IMG/VR virus record: IMGVR_UViG_3300023242_000561
Coordinates: 1 to 54,978 of that record
Direction: 5' to 3' (one strand)
Length of the DNA: 54,978 nt
Origin: a virus
Lineage: Duplodnaviria > Caudoviricetes
In this document: positions 30,689 to 41,581 of the stretch, piece after piece
Layout of the letters: the number at the start of each line of letters is the position of its first letter
Position numbering within the stretch: position 1 is the stretch's first letter
Program-made: the position numbers and the translations under genes
Notes under the pieces: generated by a model
What the model was told of the DNA's origin: nothing
Databases searched by the model: none
What the model saw: the letters and a program-made list of their open reading frames with translations, nothing else

Positions 30689-32755
30689 TTAATAAAAATC
30701 TGGGTTTTGTCTTACTGTTTGAAGTTGTGGCGTTTCTGCTATTATAGTAGTGTTTCCACTTATAACTGAATTAGCTCCATTAGTGTAATCCAATGGTGCA
30801 GAAGTAATATAATTATCTTTAAATATAATACCATTACCATCATTTGCAGCATTAGGCACTGATCTCCCTAATCTTGCTGAATTAGGAAATCCTACTATTC
30901 TATTTCGTGTTATTATCGGCCCTTGTATTGCTGTGGCATTAGCCGCATTAACTCCAAAGGAAAATATCCCATAATCATAAGAGGAACTTCCATATATTTT
31001 ATTTCTATCACAATCAAACCCTGGAAACATTTTAACGGCACAAGTCACACCTGACTCATCATCACTTGGAGTTCCTTGTCTACAAATAATGATATTGTCC
31101 ATAAACTCACAACCCTGAAAAGTCCATCCAATACCTTGTGCGCCACCTCTTTGACAGTTGAAAGCACTTGAGAAGCCTAATATGGTATTATCGTTGTATT
31201 TACAGTTTCTATGATAATGATAAATTGTTTCAGTCGAAGCATCACTTTTAACAGGGTATGTTATTGCATTATCTACATCAAAGAACATTCCATATTTCCA
31301 ATATGTACCCTCTGTTACTCTTCGATTATCTAATGTATTTCCTGAAACGTTTATGTTCATTCCATTTACAGAAAGTAAGTATTCATTAGCTGTAAATTGT
31401 GAATCAACAGGAAATGTATATCCATCAGTTAAAATAAAGTCGTTATCTTTTACTTGAATATTAGAGCCAAGCAAGCCTGTGATTTGTGTATTAGTAAATT
31501 CAGTGTTTTTTATCTGAACTCCATCAAATAAGCCATTTTGTGCAAGTGTTGATCCTATTACAGTAAAATGTACTGCTCTGCAATCAGTTATAAAACTACT
31601 CTCTATTTTAAGATTCTTTAAAAACCCATCATTGTCTGAAGCAGAGCAAGAAATAACACCATCTAAATTTCCAAGTTGATCTCCTGTCATGCTTATATCA
31701 GCATCACGTGTTGAATTAAGATCGCCAATAAAACGACCGCCACAATCATTGATGTGATTTCCCATAGAAGATATACGCATAGTGTTAGCCGATGCAACTA
31801 TTACTGCCTCACTATGGGAAGAGGCTACTGTGTTAGACTCACAAACATTGTTTATTATGTTTCCTAAAAAAGTAATTCCGTCTGTACTTAATGGATCATC
31901 ATCTGATACATGAATAACAGAGCCATTACTATTATAAGCCCTGTTTCCTGTAAATATTATGTTAATATTACTGAATATATTTTCATTAGGAATATTATAA
32001 AAATGACATTGATGAATAATGCTTTTTTTGTCAATTTGTGTAATATTCTTATTTAGATACCAACTTACTGTCCCTGTATTATTATCTCTATTTCCATCAA
32101 ATCTCAATCCATAAATTTCTGTAGGGGTTGTGGTAGAGCCTTTAAATAAAGTCCAGTCTCTAATAACAGAAGCCCCAATAGGGTATTCTCCTGCAATATC
32201 TAAATTTCCTGATGTAGGAAGATCAACAGGATCAGTTAGGGTTATTGTATTGTCTACTATTAAAAGTATAACATTGCTTGACAAAGTAGCATCAGCACTA
32301 TTTTCATTAGTTCCTGTACCACTATAAGTTCCTGATGAATCAGTTATAAATACCTTATCACCTTCATTAAAGACAGACGCATCTGCAACCTGTATAGTAG
32401 TTGTTTGATTGATAGCAGCAGAAGAAAGTGTTGTTTTTATTTCATCTGCTCTTTTTATTATTGCTCCGTAACCAAGTGTTATGGCAGTTGGATGTATAAA
32501 ATTTAACGCAATAGTATCTCTTACGAGATAAGTTTTTCCTGATGTAAATTCAACAATTCGTTCCCCCGCAGCAGCACAAGCAGTGTAAGCTGCTATAATA
32601 GCATCTGTATCATCTGTTACACCATCTCCAACAGCCCCATATTGATCTACATTTATCACGGTTACACTACTGTCTATGAAATCACTAAATTGTAATTGAG
32701 TCGGTCTTTTACCTGTTGTAAAGTTACTCTTTATAGATGCTCTATCTCTTGCCAT
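30689..32755 (-). CDS. Tailspike / polysaccharide depolymerase, right-handed beta-helix (pectate lyase 3-like)
   Basis: INVDQYGAVGDGVTDDTDAI and repeated I.GN.I / N.I rungs. Confidence 0.85.
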   Translation of the reverse strand: MARDRASIKSNFTTGKRPTQLQFSDFIDSSVTVINVDQYGAVGDGVTDDTDAIIAAYTACAAAGERIVEFTSGKTYLVRDTIALNFIHPTAITLGYGAIIKRADEIKTTLSSAAINQTTTIQVADASVFNEGDKVFITDSSGTYSGTGTNENSADATLSSNVILLIVDNTITLTDPVDLPTSGNLDIAGEYPIGASVIRDWTLFKGSTTTPTEIYGLRFDGNRDNNTGTVSWYLNKNITQIDKKSIIHQCHFYNIPNENIFSNINIIFTGNRAYNSNGSVIHVSDDDPLSTDGITFLGNIINNVCESNTVASSHSEAVIVASANTMRISSMGNHINDCGGRFIGDLNSTRDADISMTGDQLGNLDGVISCSASDNDGFLKNLKIESSFITDCRAVHFTVIGSTLAQNGLFDGVQIKNTEFTNTQITGLLGSNIQVKDNDFILTDGYTFPVDSQFTANEYLLSVNGMNINVSGNTLDNRRVTEGTYWKYGMFFDVDNAITYPVKSDASTETIYHYHRNCKYNDNTILGFSSAFNCQRGGAQGIGWTFQGCEFMDNIIICRQGTPSDDESGVTCAVKMFPGFDCDRNKIYGSSSYDYGIFSFGVNAANATAIQGPIITRNRIVGFPNSARLGRSVPNAANDGNGIIFKDNYITSAPLDYTNGANSVISGNTTIIAETPQLQTVRQNPDFY

Positions 32756-32759
32756 GTTT

Positions 32760-35700
32760 TTAACTAATTATAAATGTTGAACCTATCTGTAAATAACCAA
32801 TTCCTAATAAAGCAAAAAAGTTTAATCCTATTTTTGTAATAAGATAATTTCTTATCTTCAATCTTTCATCGGCATCTAATATATTATCATACTTATAAGC
32901 TCCTGCTATATACCCATTGAATGGTAATGAGTCATCTCCTAAAACCCCTATTTTATCAAATGTAGTAGCCCCTCCAATTAAACCTATATTCGCTTCTGTA
33001 ACATCACTGGTTAAGAGATCAATTAAATCACCTAAATAAATATTGGCAGTTCCATCATTTTCTACTTGTATTGAAAAAACATACCATTCATCATTTAATA
33101 AAGTAGTATCTCCAATTAATGATGTAGCTACAGCCCCTATTTCGTTTGTTACCCTCAATTTACTACTTGATAAATCAATAGTAAATCCATCCCCTGCTGT
33201 TCGGTTAGACCATATTACTTGATTTGCAATAACATCATTAGACTTGAACATACCTATAATAGAGAATTGAGCTGTATTTAAATCTCCAATAGAACCGCCC
33301 AAAACCACTCCCTCATGACTGTATTCATTTTTATTTAACAAGCCCTCTCCCCAACTATATTGAACAGGATTATTAAATACATCAATAATAGCAGTTGGTG
33401 AATTAGACAAGACTAAGCTCGAATTTGAAAAAGTACCAAAGTATTCCGACGCTACTGAATTTGTTAAATCTTCAAAATCATGTCCTGAATAAGAATGTTC
33501 TAAAACACCCTCTATGCTATGTGTGTATGATAATATTAATCCATGAAAATAGAAATCTGCCGTTGCTCTTCTAAAGCCAAGATTGTATTGAGTAGAAACC
33601 CAATCAACAGGTGCTGAAAGTGCAATTACATCAGGAACACCATTGATTGTAGCGGTTACCTCTTGATCTGCTTGACTCCATGACAAAGTAATATCATATC
33701 TATTTCCAACAACCATTGTCGTATTATTGAATATGGCTTGATTAACATTATTAGCAGAACCTCCCCATCTGAATTGTAGTCTTCCCCCTGAATTAATGTA
33801 TAAAACATATACAGAAGTCGCACCTGAAAGTAGTGCACTGTTAGAGCCTAATGTAAATGGAACTATATTAAATGTTAATTCCCAATCTTCTGCGGTTAAT
33901 AAGTCTGCTAAATCTCCTAAATAAACAGCGTTAGAACTTCCATTGAATTGCTTATAATTAGATAATCCATGTAAATCTGACTGGATTCCGTAATTAGTTA
34001 CTATAGATGCAATACTACTTCCTGTCGTTGGGGCGTTATTGTCATTTCCTGAATAGTCAAATACTATTTTTCCTGCTCCTGAAATATTTCCCTCACACAT
34101 AGGTGCTATTAAAACCGCCGTCTGATTTATTAAATCGTTCGGGGTCAAATAAGTCGATGTTTCTAAAACAGAAGAAAATAAGCTATTCATAACAAAATCA
34201 CCATAGGCAGCCGCTATTCTACCAATTTCTAAATCATTGGCATCTATATTTGCAATAATCTCTACAAATGATGGGTCTGTTGTAATAGTTGTTGTTTCAA
34301 CACCATTGACTTTTATGGTTCCTGAAACTCCTGTTAGAGTTAAAACTCCTGACATTGCTTCTAAGTTAATACTGCCACTCCATTGTAATATTTTTTCAGT
34401 TGTAGTGTCTAAGTTTAGCCAAAAAGATGTGTATCCAATCGTTCCTATATTACCAAATAGTATAGCATCTGAATTAGTACTTTGAAAATCTATCCCACCG
34501 CCACTTAATATCTGTGCATCTGGTAATGCAGTACCTACAAATGCTGGTATAGTGTTACCGAATAAATCAGTAGAACCTACTTTCAATACATTGATAATGT
34601 TAGGCCCGTTAATAAATGTTATAAATTGATCTCCAACTAAACCAGTAACGGTTCTTTGGTTATTAAAATCTACATATCTAATCTTTCCTTTATAATAACC
34701 TACTCCACTTCTACCACCTATAGTAAGGATAGAACCTAGCATAGCTGCGTTAATTAAATCCTTTTCTTCTATTAAAACACCATCTATTGTAAGAGATGTT
34801 TTAGTTCCTCCTTCTACATCAAATCTAATAGTGTGGAAATTATCATCAAAATAAGATAAATCAATAGAACTAAATATTAAATCATCATCTAATAAAGTGT
34901 TGTATTTAATAGTTCCATTTCCTCTTACTGATACGTTGTCTAAAGATGAACTTCCAGATAAAAAAACTTCATCACCATTATCTAAACTTGGAAGCGTTAA
35001 CCTAATTTCTACATATCCATTATTAACATCAGTCGGAGCTACGTCATTAAAAGAAATAGAGTCATTTATTCCATCAAAATCATAATATTGATTCCTTTCA
35101 TCTTCATTAACTAGATAACCTACAATAGGTGCAAATACTGTAAGATCACTAGTACATGATACTGTTGCATTCAATCTATCTGGTGAGTAGTCTAATACTA
35201 AATTACCATCTTCTGCAATACCCTCTTGCATAAAGAAAGCTCCTTTAACAGCAGAAGTTTGTACATAGGTTCTTAGTTGAGAAGTGGTTAGCTCTTTAGT
35301 TGATAACCCATCATTAGACATGATAAAGTCTTTGATAGATACATCTCCATAAATACCACCAGTAGCATAGTAAGCTAAGTCAACGCCTAATAGAACACCT
35401 ATTGAATTAACTATTCTTACGTGATGCCATACGCCTTCTGACATAGTAGTTGTTTCTACATCATCTACATAGATAGTAGTAACACCTGATCCACCAACTC
35501 TAGTTATTGTATTAGTAGTTAGATTGAAGTTGGAAGCAATACCTTTAAAACCAAATAGCATCTCTGTAGCTGTATCTGCTTTAACCCAAAAGTTTATAGT
35601 GGTATAGCTAGTAGCTCTGTTATGTATAGATAATGTATCAGAATTAGCTGCTGTAAAGTCTAAAGCGTAAGCAACTTGCTTAGGAGGTGATGTATTAACT

Positions 35701-35849
35701 ATATTATTTAATTGAAAACCTGATGTTTCCCAATCCCCTCTAGCCTCATTCTTTATTTCTGAAACAAATAAAGCACCTGCTTCAACAGGTACAGGAAAAC
35801 TATCTAGTACTTTTGCATTAACTACACATATCGCATTGCCTATAAACAT
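32760..35849 (-). CDS. Tail fibre / adhesin with multiple LamG (ConA-like) domains
   Basis: TINFWVK, WHHV, FDGIND, DYSGNDN, FNGYI...YDNIL motifs. Confidence 0.8.
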   Translation of the reverse strand: MFIGNAICVVNAKVLDSFPVPVEAGALFVSEIKNEARGDWETSGFQLNNIVNTSPPKQVAYALDFTAANSDTLSIHNRATSYTTINFWVKADTATEMLFGFKGIASNFNLTTNTITRVGGSGVTTIYVDDVETTTMSEGVWHHVRIVNSIGVLLGVDLAYYATGGIYGDVSIKDFIMSNDGLSTKELTTSQLRTYVQTSAVKGAFFMQEGIAEDGNLVLDYSPDRLNATVSCTSDLTVFAPIVGYLVNEDERNQYYDFDGINDSISFNDVAPTDVNNGYVEIRLTLPSLDNGDEVFLSGSSSLDNVSVRGNGTIKYNTLLDDDLIFSSIDLSYFDDNFHTIRFDVEGGTKTSLTIDGVLIEEKDLINAAMLGSILTIGGRSGVGYYKGKIRYVDFNNQRTVTGLVGDQFITFINGPNIINVLKVGSTDLFGNTIPAFVGTALPDAQILSGGGIDFQSTNSDAILFGNIGTIGYTSFWLNLDTTTEKILQWSGSINLEAMSGVLTLTGVSGTIKVNGVETTTITTDPSFVEIIANIDANDLEIGRIAAAYGDFVMNSLFSSVLETSTYLTPNDLINQTAVLIAPMCEGNISGAGKIVFDYSGNDNNAPTTGSSIASIVTNYGIQSDLHGLSNYKQFNGSSNAVYLGDLADLLTAEDWELTFNIVPFTLGSNSALLSGATSVYVLYINSGGRLQFRWGGSANNVNQAIFNNTTMVVGNRYDITLSWSQADQEVTATINGVPDVIALSAPVDWVSTQYNLGFRRATADFYFHGLILSYTHSIEGVLEHSYSGHDFEDLTNSVASEYFGTFSNSSLVLSNSPTAIIDVFNNPVQYSWGEGLLNKNEYSHEGVVLGGSIGDLNTAQFSIIGMFKSNDVIANQVIWSNRTAGDGFTIDLSSSKLRVTNEIGAVATSLIGDTTLLNDEWYVFSIQVENDGTANIYLGDLIDLLTSDVTEANIGLIGGATTFDKIGVLGDDSLPFNGYIAGAYKYDNILDADERLKIRNYLITKIGLNFFALLGIGYLQIGSTFIIS

Positions 35850-35858
35850 ATTATATAT

Positions 35859-36143
35859 TTAATCTTTACCTATATAAACTGTTCCGCTAGATAGTTGAAT
35901 ATCTTTAATTGGTATTCCTAAATAGAAACCAGGCTTCCATGATTCACTAGCACTAGGTCCTGTAAAAGAAGTATTACCTGTATCTAGTGAGGTGAATGTT
36001 GCTTCTTCAGCAACTAGAATACCATAACCATTAACATTTTCATGTAATGTGGTATCACCTATTCTTATAGTACCTTTATCAAAAGACACTCTTATTAAAA
36101 GCTTTTGTAGAAACTTAACTATTTCTCCTGTCAGTGTGTTCAT
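35859..36143 (-). CDS. Small tail-associated protein
   Basis: 94 aa, C-terminal IQLSSGTVY; in operon. Confidence 0.6.
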   Translation of the reverse strand: MNTLTGEIVKFLQKLLIRVSFDKGTIRIGDTTLHENVNGYGILVAEEATFTSLDTGNTSFTGPSASESWKPGFYLGIPIKDIQLSSGTVYIGKD

Positions 36144-36148
36144 AATTA

Positions 36149-36394
36149 TTAAATTAAAGTTCCATCAAGTTCATCAACTCCTCTATCATACATTTCAGAT
36201 ATTATATTATCTAAGTCAGTAGTATAGAAGTTTATTAATTCCACACCTGTAAATAAAACATAAATATCATCTTGTTCAGACTTACTTCTCTTACCTCTTA
36301 TAGACTTGTTCATTACTTTATCACCAAGTATATCTACTCTAGTTTTACTAGCAGTTGTTACAGCAGCGATATTTGTATTAAGATTAGCAGCCAC
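36149..36394 (-). CDS. Small hypothetical protein (likely GTG start at 36394)
   Basis: GTGGCTGCTAA overlaps the CGC-stop end of the upstream gene, a coupling-type overlap, which fits better than the track's TTG at 36439. Confidence 0.55.
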   Translation of the reverse strand: MAANLNTNIAAVTTASKTRVDILGDKVMNKSIRGKRSKSEQDDIYVLFTGVELINFYTTDLDNIISEMYDRGVDELDGTLI

Positions 36395-37526
36395 AATTTG
36401 ATTGTTTACATTCTCTACAATAGCGTTTGATTCTATCAAATTTACTGTTTATATCTGTATAATTTGATAGTCCGAAGGAATATTTTGCAGCAATCCATAA
36501 TGTGAAGATAATTTCCCAATCGGGATTCTGTTCACAACCATCATCTTCAAGGAAAGCTAATACATCTTCTTCAGATATTCTGTTAAGGCATTTGACTGTT
36601 CTACAGTCTATCATATATGCCCTTCTGGCAAAAAGACCTGTACTTATATACAACTCAACAAAGTATAAACCGTCTTGAGTAGTAGGAAAAGTATATACGG
36701 TAGTTCCTGCAACATAATCAGTATCACTAACTATATTATCATCAGTACCTCTATAGACTACTACAGTTTGAGGTTCAGTAGATATCTCATCAATTACATC
36801 TTCAAGATTTATTGTAACTGTACCACAATCATCACTAACTACTATCTCTTCTTGTAATCTTTCTATGAGATATTCTTCAGGTGTTACGGTAAACTCTAAA
36901 TAAAGGTCTGTAGTGTTAACATCAAATTCAACATATATATCTGAGTAAGGTTCTATTGTAGCTTCTACATATATATCAGGAGTATTTACAGTAAACTCTG
37001 TATAAATATCTAAATAAGATTCAGATAAGAACTCTACATATATATCAGGAGTGTTGACTGTAAATTCTAAGTAGTTGTCATAAGTTACCATAAAATCAGA
37101 GGTAACTACAACAGTAGCGTTAGAACCAGTATTAACTACGGTATCTGTAGTAGTATCTACTCTGATTTCCATAACATAGGCTTTCCCATATGCAGGAACA
37201 CCTACTAGATTTAAAATCAGATTGGTTAAACCTTGCCAAGCTGTTAAAATAGCATCTTTGTCAGCAGCAGAATTTAATGCGTTGTAAGTAACCGTATCTA
37301 TACTATCAAAAGTAATCGAAAGAGCGTTACCTTGTAAATCTCTAACAAGTACAAACTCTTCATACTTGAAACCTGAGGTTGACATAGTTTCACTAGCTAC
37401 ATCTAATAAGTTTGTATAAGTAGGGGTTAAATCTGCAAGATTATCTACTTCAAAACTTAAAAATGCAGGTACGTCTGCTATATCATCATAAACGGTACTT
37501 AGTACTGGGTCTGTTGTTAAAGCCAT
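36384..37526 (-). CDS. Tail hub-like protein with internal repeats and Cys-rich C-terminus
   Basis: DGLY motif, C-terminal CRECKQSNCGC; EFTVNTPDIY repeats; synteny. Confidence 0.55.
   Translation of the reverse strand: MALTTDPVLSTVYDDIADVPAFLSFEVDNLADLTPTYTNLLDVASETMSTSGFKYEEFVLVRDLQGNALSITFDSIDTVTYNALNSAADKDAILTAWQGLTNLILNLVGVPAYGKAYVMEIRVDTTTDTVVNTGSNATVVVTSDFMVTYDNYLEFTVNTPDIYVEFLSESYLDIYTEFTVNTPDIYVEATIEPYSDIYVEFDVNTTDLYLEFTVTPEEYLIERLQEEIVVSDDCGTVTINLEDVIDEISTEPQTVVVYRGTDDNIVSDTDYVAGTTVYTFPTTQDGLYFVELYISTGLFARRAYMIDCRTVKCLNRISEEDVLAFLEDDGCEQNPDWEIIFTLWIAAKYSFGLSNYTDINSKFDRIKRYCRECKQSNCGC
36885..37073 (-). repeat. Degenerate in-frame repeats with a 69-bp (23-aa) period
   Basis: TCTACATATATATCAGGAGT at 36964-36983 and 37033-37052. 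Confidence 0.85.
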
Positions 37527-37646
37527 TCTTTAAAATTAAAAGTACTTAATACAGTTTTAAGCTACTACTTTTGGTAGTACACTAACTGCAACTTTATTAA
37601 ATTCATAAACAAAATAGGCAATACAGTTTCTTTATATTTCTTTTAA

Positions 37647-38300
37647 TTAAATATCGCTATTGACAACATCAACACTAGTGGTTAAATATCGGGTAGGCAT
37701 AGAAGAAGTGATCTTCAGACGATATTTATAACTACTATCTCTATCTAATTCACCTTCTAATCCTGAATTAGGTTTAGGGTTAATAGTAATATCAACATAA
37801 TCAGAAACTTGTCCTGCAATAGTAATTTGAAAAGATGCTGTTAAAGTTATAGGAACATGTTCTACTATCGCATTAGTCGTTTTGTTGATTTTGATAATGG
37901 TAATATACTGAGTATCTGATAAGCGTGATATATCAGTAACTACAGTACTTCCATCATTAGCTCCTGTGTTATTGGAACCTGTATAACGCATAGCTCTAAC
38001 ATCAGGAAGCCACCCTGCGCCTGAAGTATTATCAGGGTCTTTCTTTCTTCTAAGCCTAATCTTAACGTCAGTAAGTGCATCAATATCTGTTATAACAGGA
38101 TTATTTGTTGCAATTACTTGACCAGCAGGAATGTTACCACCAGGAGCAGTTTCAGGATCAACATAACCTACTGAACTTGTATCACCTTGATATACTCCTA
38201 TTGCAATACTACCTGTGAAATCATCAGGTGTTATAAAACTAAATCCTCTAGGATTAGTACTAACGTCATAAGGACTTGTATTTATTGTTTTTATAGACAT
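37647..38300 (-). CDS. Hypothetical beta-rich virion protein
   Basis: 217-aa ORF in the structural operon. Confidence 0.6.
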   Translation of the reverse strand: MSIKTINTSPYDVSTNPRGFSFITPDDFTGSIAIGVYQGDTSSVGYVDPETAPGGNIPAGQVIATNNPVITDIDALTDVKIRLRRKKDPDNTSGAGWLPDVRAMRYTGSNNTGANDGSTVVTDISRLSDTQYITIIKINKTTNAIVEHVPITLTASFQITIAGQVSDYVDITINPKPNSGLEGELDRDSSYKYRLKITSSMPTRYLTTSVDVVNSDI

Positions 38301-38302
38301 GA

Positions 38303-38857
38303 CTAGCTATTTAAAATTTCAGACATATAATATTCAGCTCTATTGAAATCTCCAATTTCAAATCTACCTCTAGTAGCAACAAGAGCCTTGTGATGTAAAA
38401 GTAAAGTATCTTTAGAAGCGTTATTTTTAGCTCCGCTTTCTATCCAAGCTTTTCTAAGAACCATCAGTTGAGTGTATAGAAGAAAATCTCCTAATATGTT
38501 AACATCTACTTTATCAGTAGCATCAGCATAAACAGGAACCATTATTTCTTCATCATCACCTGACGCATTGTACGTTTTAAAAACTCCTTCTGTGGTAGCA
38601 TAATAGGTTGCTCCATCAGTTACACCGTCACTTGCGGGATCATCAGTATTAGTATATTGACACAAAGAAACTTTAAATACTTCAGAAGCCTGTAAAGGAA
38701 CTTCCCAAGTACTATCTGTAACAGGATCAGCATTAGTAACTAATGTTAATTCGTCAACTAGAATAACAACCGCAACAGCACTTCTATCTGCATAGGTAGA
38801 AGTGTCTGTTACGTTTATTAATTGGTTGACATAATCTTTAGTGAAAGTATATGTCAT
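38303..38857 (-). CDS. Putative tail hub / structural protein
   Basis: N-terminal INVTDTS.Y, helical C-terminus; follows the auxiliary capsid gene. Confidence 0.5.
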   Translation of the reverse strand: MTYTFTKDYVNQLINVTDTSTYADRSAVAVVILVDELTLVTNADPVTDSTWEVPLQASEVFKVSLCQYTNTDDPASDGVTDGATYYATTEGVFKTYNASGDDEEIMVPVYADATDKVDVNILGDFLLYTQLMVLRKAWIESGAKNNASKDTLLLHHKALVATRGRFEIGDFNRAEYYMSEILNS

Positions 38858-38873
38858 GGTTAACTATTAAGAA

Positions 38874-39953
38874 TTAGGCTGTTGTAGCAGCTTCATCATC
38901 AACAATAGCTTCATCAGCACCAGCAAGTCCAAGCAAGTTGTTCAACACTTTCATGAAGTCAGCTTGGTTTTGACCAGCAGCATCGTTGTCACCATCTGCG
39001 AAAGCAACAACAATTTCAATAGACTTGTCACCTTGAACCGCAACTCCAGGAGTCGCAGTAGGAGCACCTACTACAGGAGAGAATGACAAAGTAACTAAGT
39101 CATAAGTACCTCCACTAACTACACGGTTTGCAGGTTTAGGGAATAAACCATCAACTTCCTGATGATAACCTTTGTACTGCTGAACTCTATCTTCAACAGC
39201 TTTCACATTAGCATAAGTTCCAACAGGATATATTGACGCAGTATCAACTGTGATAACTACTCCAAAAGAATCTTCCCATCCAGCTACACTAATCTCAAAT
39301 GATTCTCCTGCATTGTTAGCAAGAAAGTCAATATGTTCATCAGTAGAAGTAGTATCCGCAGTAGCAGTAATAGCTAAACCGCTATCATCGTTAACTCTGG
39401 CTGCAACTTCAGTAATGACTTGAGCAATAGTGGGAGTAGTATAACTAATACCACTAACCTTACCTGTGAAAGCCTCCATTGATACAGAGTAAGAATAAGT
39501 CTCACGGTTGTTGTTAAGTTCACGAATATGAACGGTGAATGTATCACCACCAACAACTGTCACAGGTTTAGCAAGAGGAGTAGTAGGATTACCTACAGAA
39601 ATAGACTGAGCTGTACCAGCTAAGTATTCTTCTGAAGTCATACTAATCGCACTTCTAATAGGAATAGGTAGAGAAACTCTACATCCTGTAGCTAAACCTT
39701 CAGCAATAAAGATTTCTTGAATCTTACTCTTAATAGCTCCTGTTGCAGCAACCGCAGAAAGCTTACTTCCTGTCGGTGTAGTTGGAGCAGCATCATCTTC
39801 AATTAAAAGAACTAATCCTCCATCTACCATAGCATAAACTCCTAATGAACCTTCATTAAGATCATACGGATCAATTGCACCTTCTGTTGTAGTAGATGCT
39901 GCCTTTGTACCAGCATATACTACTCGTTTGGCAATAAATAAATCTTTTCTCAT
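38874..39953 (-). CDS. Auxiliary capsid (decoration) protein-like
   Basis: Ala/Thr-rich, 359 aa, G.YDLVTL motif; position after the ring gene as in crAss-like phages. Confidence 0.6.
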   Translation of the reverse strand: MRKDLFIAKRVVYAGTKAASTTTEGAIDPYDLNEGSLGVYAMVDGGLVLLIEDDAAPTTPTGSKLSAVAATGAIKSKIQEIFIAEGLATGCRVSLPIPIRSAISMTSEEYLAGTAQSISVGNPTTPLAKPVTVVGGDTFTVHIRELNNNRETYSYSVSMEAFTGKVSGISYTTPTIAQVITEVAARVNDDSGLAITATADTTSTDEHIDFLANNAGESFEISVAGWEDSFGVVITVDTASIYPVGTYANVKAVEDRVQQYKGYHQEVDGLFPKPANRVVSGGTYDLVTLSFSPVVGAPTATPGVAVQGDKSIEIVVAFADGDNDAAGQNQADFMKVLNNLLGLAGADEAIVDDEAATTA

Positions 39954-39994
39954 TGTTTTGTGGGTTAAAGATTTTTAAAAATATAATTAAAATT

Positions 39995-40678
39995 TTACTT
40001 TGTCAAATTCTGTTCTGCAACCTGAATTTGGTAGTCGTTAGTGCCACGTTTTCTCATTCTACGTACAACACCGTTAACTATTTCTCCTTGAAACAGATTA
40101 GGAATATCAGTGTACTCATACTCAGAGTCAGAATACACAAGTTTTCTGAACATCCTAATATAGTCAAGTTGAATTTTGTTAATTACAAAGTCACCTATTC
40201 TTTCAAACTCAATTCTAGTATTAATACGTCTACCTCTCATTGAATAAACCTTACTTTTACTATAAGGATTATTACTTCTTTGATAGTTAGTATTAGAACT
40301 AATTCTAAGAGGAGCGTCGTGGCTATTGCCACAATACTCTCCTTTGAATTTAACAGATAACGGTATAATACAACGACTTATTAGTGTTCCATTTGAATTA
40401 AGTGTAGTTGTACCATCAGGTAAAAGAAAGTGAGTTGCTCCGTTTATAATATTGAGTTCTTCACTCGCAATTAGATTTGCTAATCTCTCACTATCTTCAC
40501 TATACTTATCAACTAGTTTACCATTTTGAACATCGTGAGGCAACTGCATCTTTATGAAGTTCATGATCTCAGCATTAATGGCTAGATCAATTTCTTCTCT
40601 AAGATAGTCTTCGTTTACAGTTAGCCCTGTGTCTTGAAGTTCTTGATCAATGTTTATATGGAACTCTTTGTTTGTCAT
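39995..40678 (-). CDS. Tail ring protein (R3/R4-like)
   Basis: EEIDLAIN, NPYSK, LDYIR, EIV motifs; synteny. Confidence 0.7.
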   Translation of the reverse strand: MTNKEFHINIDQELQDTGLTVNEDYLREEIDLAINAEIMNFIKMQLPHDVQNGKLVDKYSEDSERLANLIASEELNIINGATHFLLPDGTTTLNSNGTLISRCIIPLSVKFKGEYCGNSHDAPLRISSNTNYQRSNNPYSKSKVYSMRGRRINTRIEFERIGDFVINKIQLDYIRMFRKLVYSDSEYEYTDIPNLFQGEIVNGVVRRMRKRGTNDYQIQVAEQNLTK

Positions 40679-41568
40679 TATACTAAAGCTGTGCTTTTAT
40701 CTCTTTTGAGTCTGTCTTTAAGCTGCTCTTTATAACCATGATTCTTTTCGTCTAATAAGAAATCAATGACCGCTTCTTTATCTTCGCCTATCTTTCTGTC
40801 TCTATCCCAATAGGCATTGCCTGATGTTCTTAGAGTACCGTGAGTAACAAGCATATCAATAAAGTATCTCAACATGATATGTGGATCACTAGCAATTTGA
40901 TTAAAATCAATTACTGTGTCCATGTTAGAAGCTACTTCACGAAGAAGTAATATCCTATCATCATGTGTAAGATTTTCTACATCATCTCTCTTATGAACGA
41001 ATTGAGTCTGTTGCAATAGAACCAAAGTTCTCTTTTCATCATTAGAAGCTTCTTGATAGAACCGCATAGCTTTATCAAGTTCTGTATTAAGCTCCATCTT
41101 ATGACTTCTTGCAACGTCTGGATCAACTAGAACAAACGCTTCAATAGATTCAGGAACAGAATCTAGTATTCCCTGCTTGACTTGTTCTAACGTAAAAATG
41201 TTCTTCTTACGTCTTAACCATTCAAACTGAACCCAATGTCTAAGGTTCATAGGTGTACCGTCTTCTTTTACTGAAACATTTAACTCATAACCATCAGTGG
41301 GAGAACTACCAGCAGGAACGCTGATAGCCATATCCCTCCAAAAGTCATCTATTTTTTGCCTAAGTTCAGGATCATCTTTACTTATGTTCTGAATTTTCAT
41401 TACATAAGCTTCACCTTTAGTGTCTGGCTCAAATGGATTGAGTGACTTCCCTGTAAGGTCGTCAGTTTCAGAACCACAGATTTTGATAGACTCCTCTCTT
41501 ATTTCTTTAGGAATCCTATCAAACTCTATGGGTCTTCTTTGCAAATACTTCTTTTCAACTTTTGTCAT
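40678..41568 (-). CDS. Conserved crAss capsid-module protein (portal-vertex auxiliary-like)
   Basis: FW motif, C-terminal IG...EAVIDFL.D.KN; directly after the major capsid gene. Confidence 0.65.
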   Translation of the reverse strand: MTKVEKKYLQRRPIEFDRIPKEIREESIKICGSETDDLTGKSLNPFEPDTKGEAYVMKIQNISKDDPELRQKIDDFWRDMAISVPAGSSPTDGYELNVSVKEDGTPMNLRHWVQFEWLRRKKNIFTLEQVKQGILDSVPESIEAFVLVDPDVARSHKMELNTELDKAMRFYQEASNDEKRTLVLLQQTQFVHKRDDVENLTHDDRILLLREVASNMDTVIDFNQIASDPHIMLRYFIDMLVTHGTLRTSGNAYWDRDRKIGEDKEAVIDFLLDEKNHGYKEQLKDRLKRDKSTALV

Positions 41569-41581
41569 TACAACAATTTAA

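Noticed and set aside
30689-35849. Diversity-generating retroelement targeting the tail fibres
   Set aside because: No reverse transcriptase and no template/variable repeat pair seen in the window.
39374-39556. Hydrophobic out-of-frame ORF inside the auxiliary capsid gene
   Set aside because: Expected frame-shifted by-product of Ala/Thr/Val codons; no leader.
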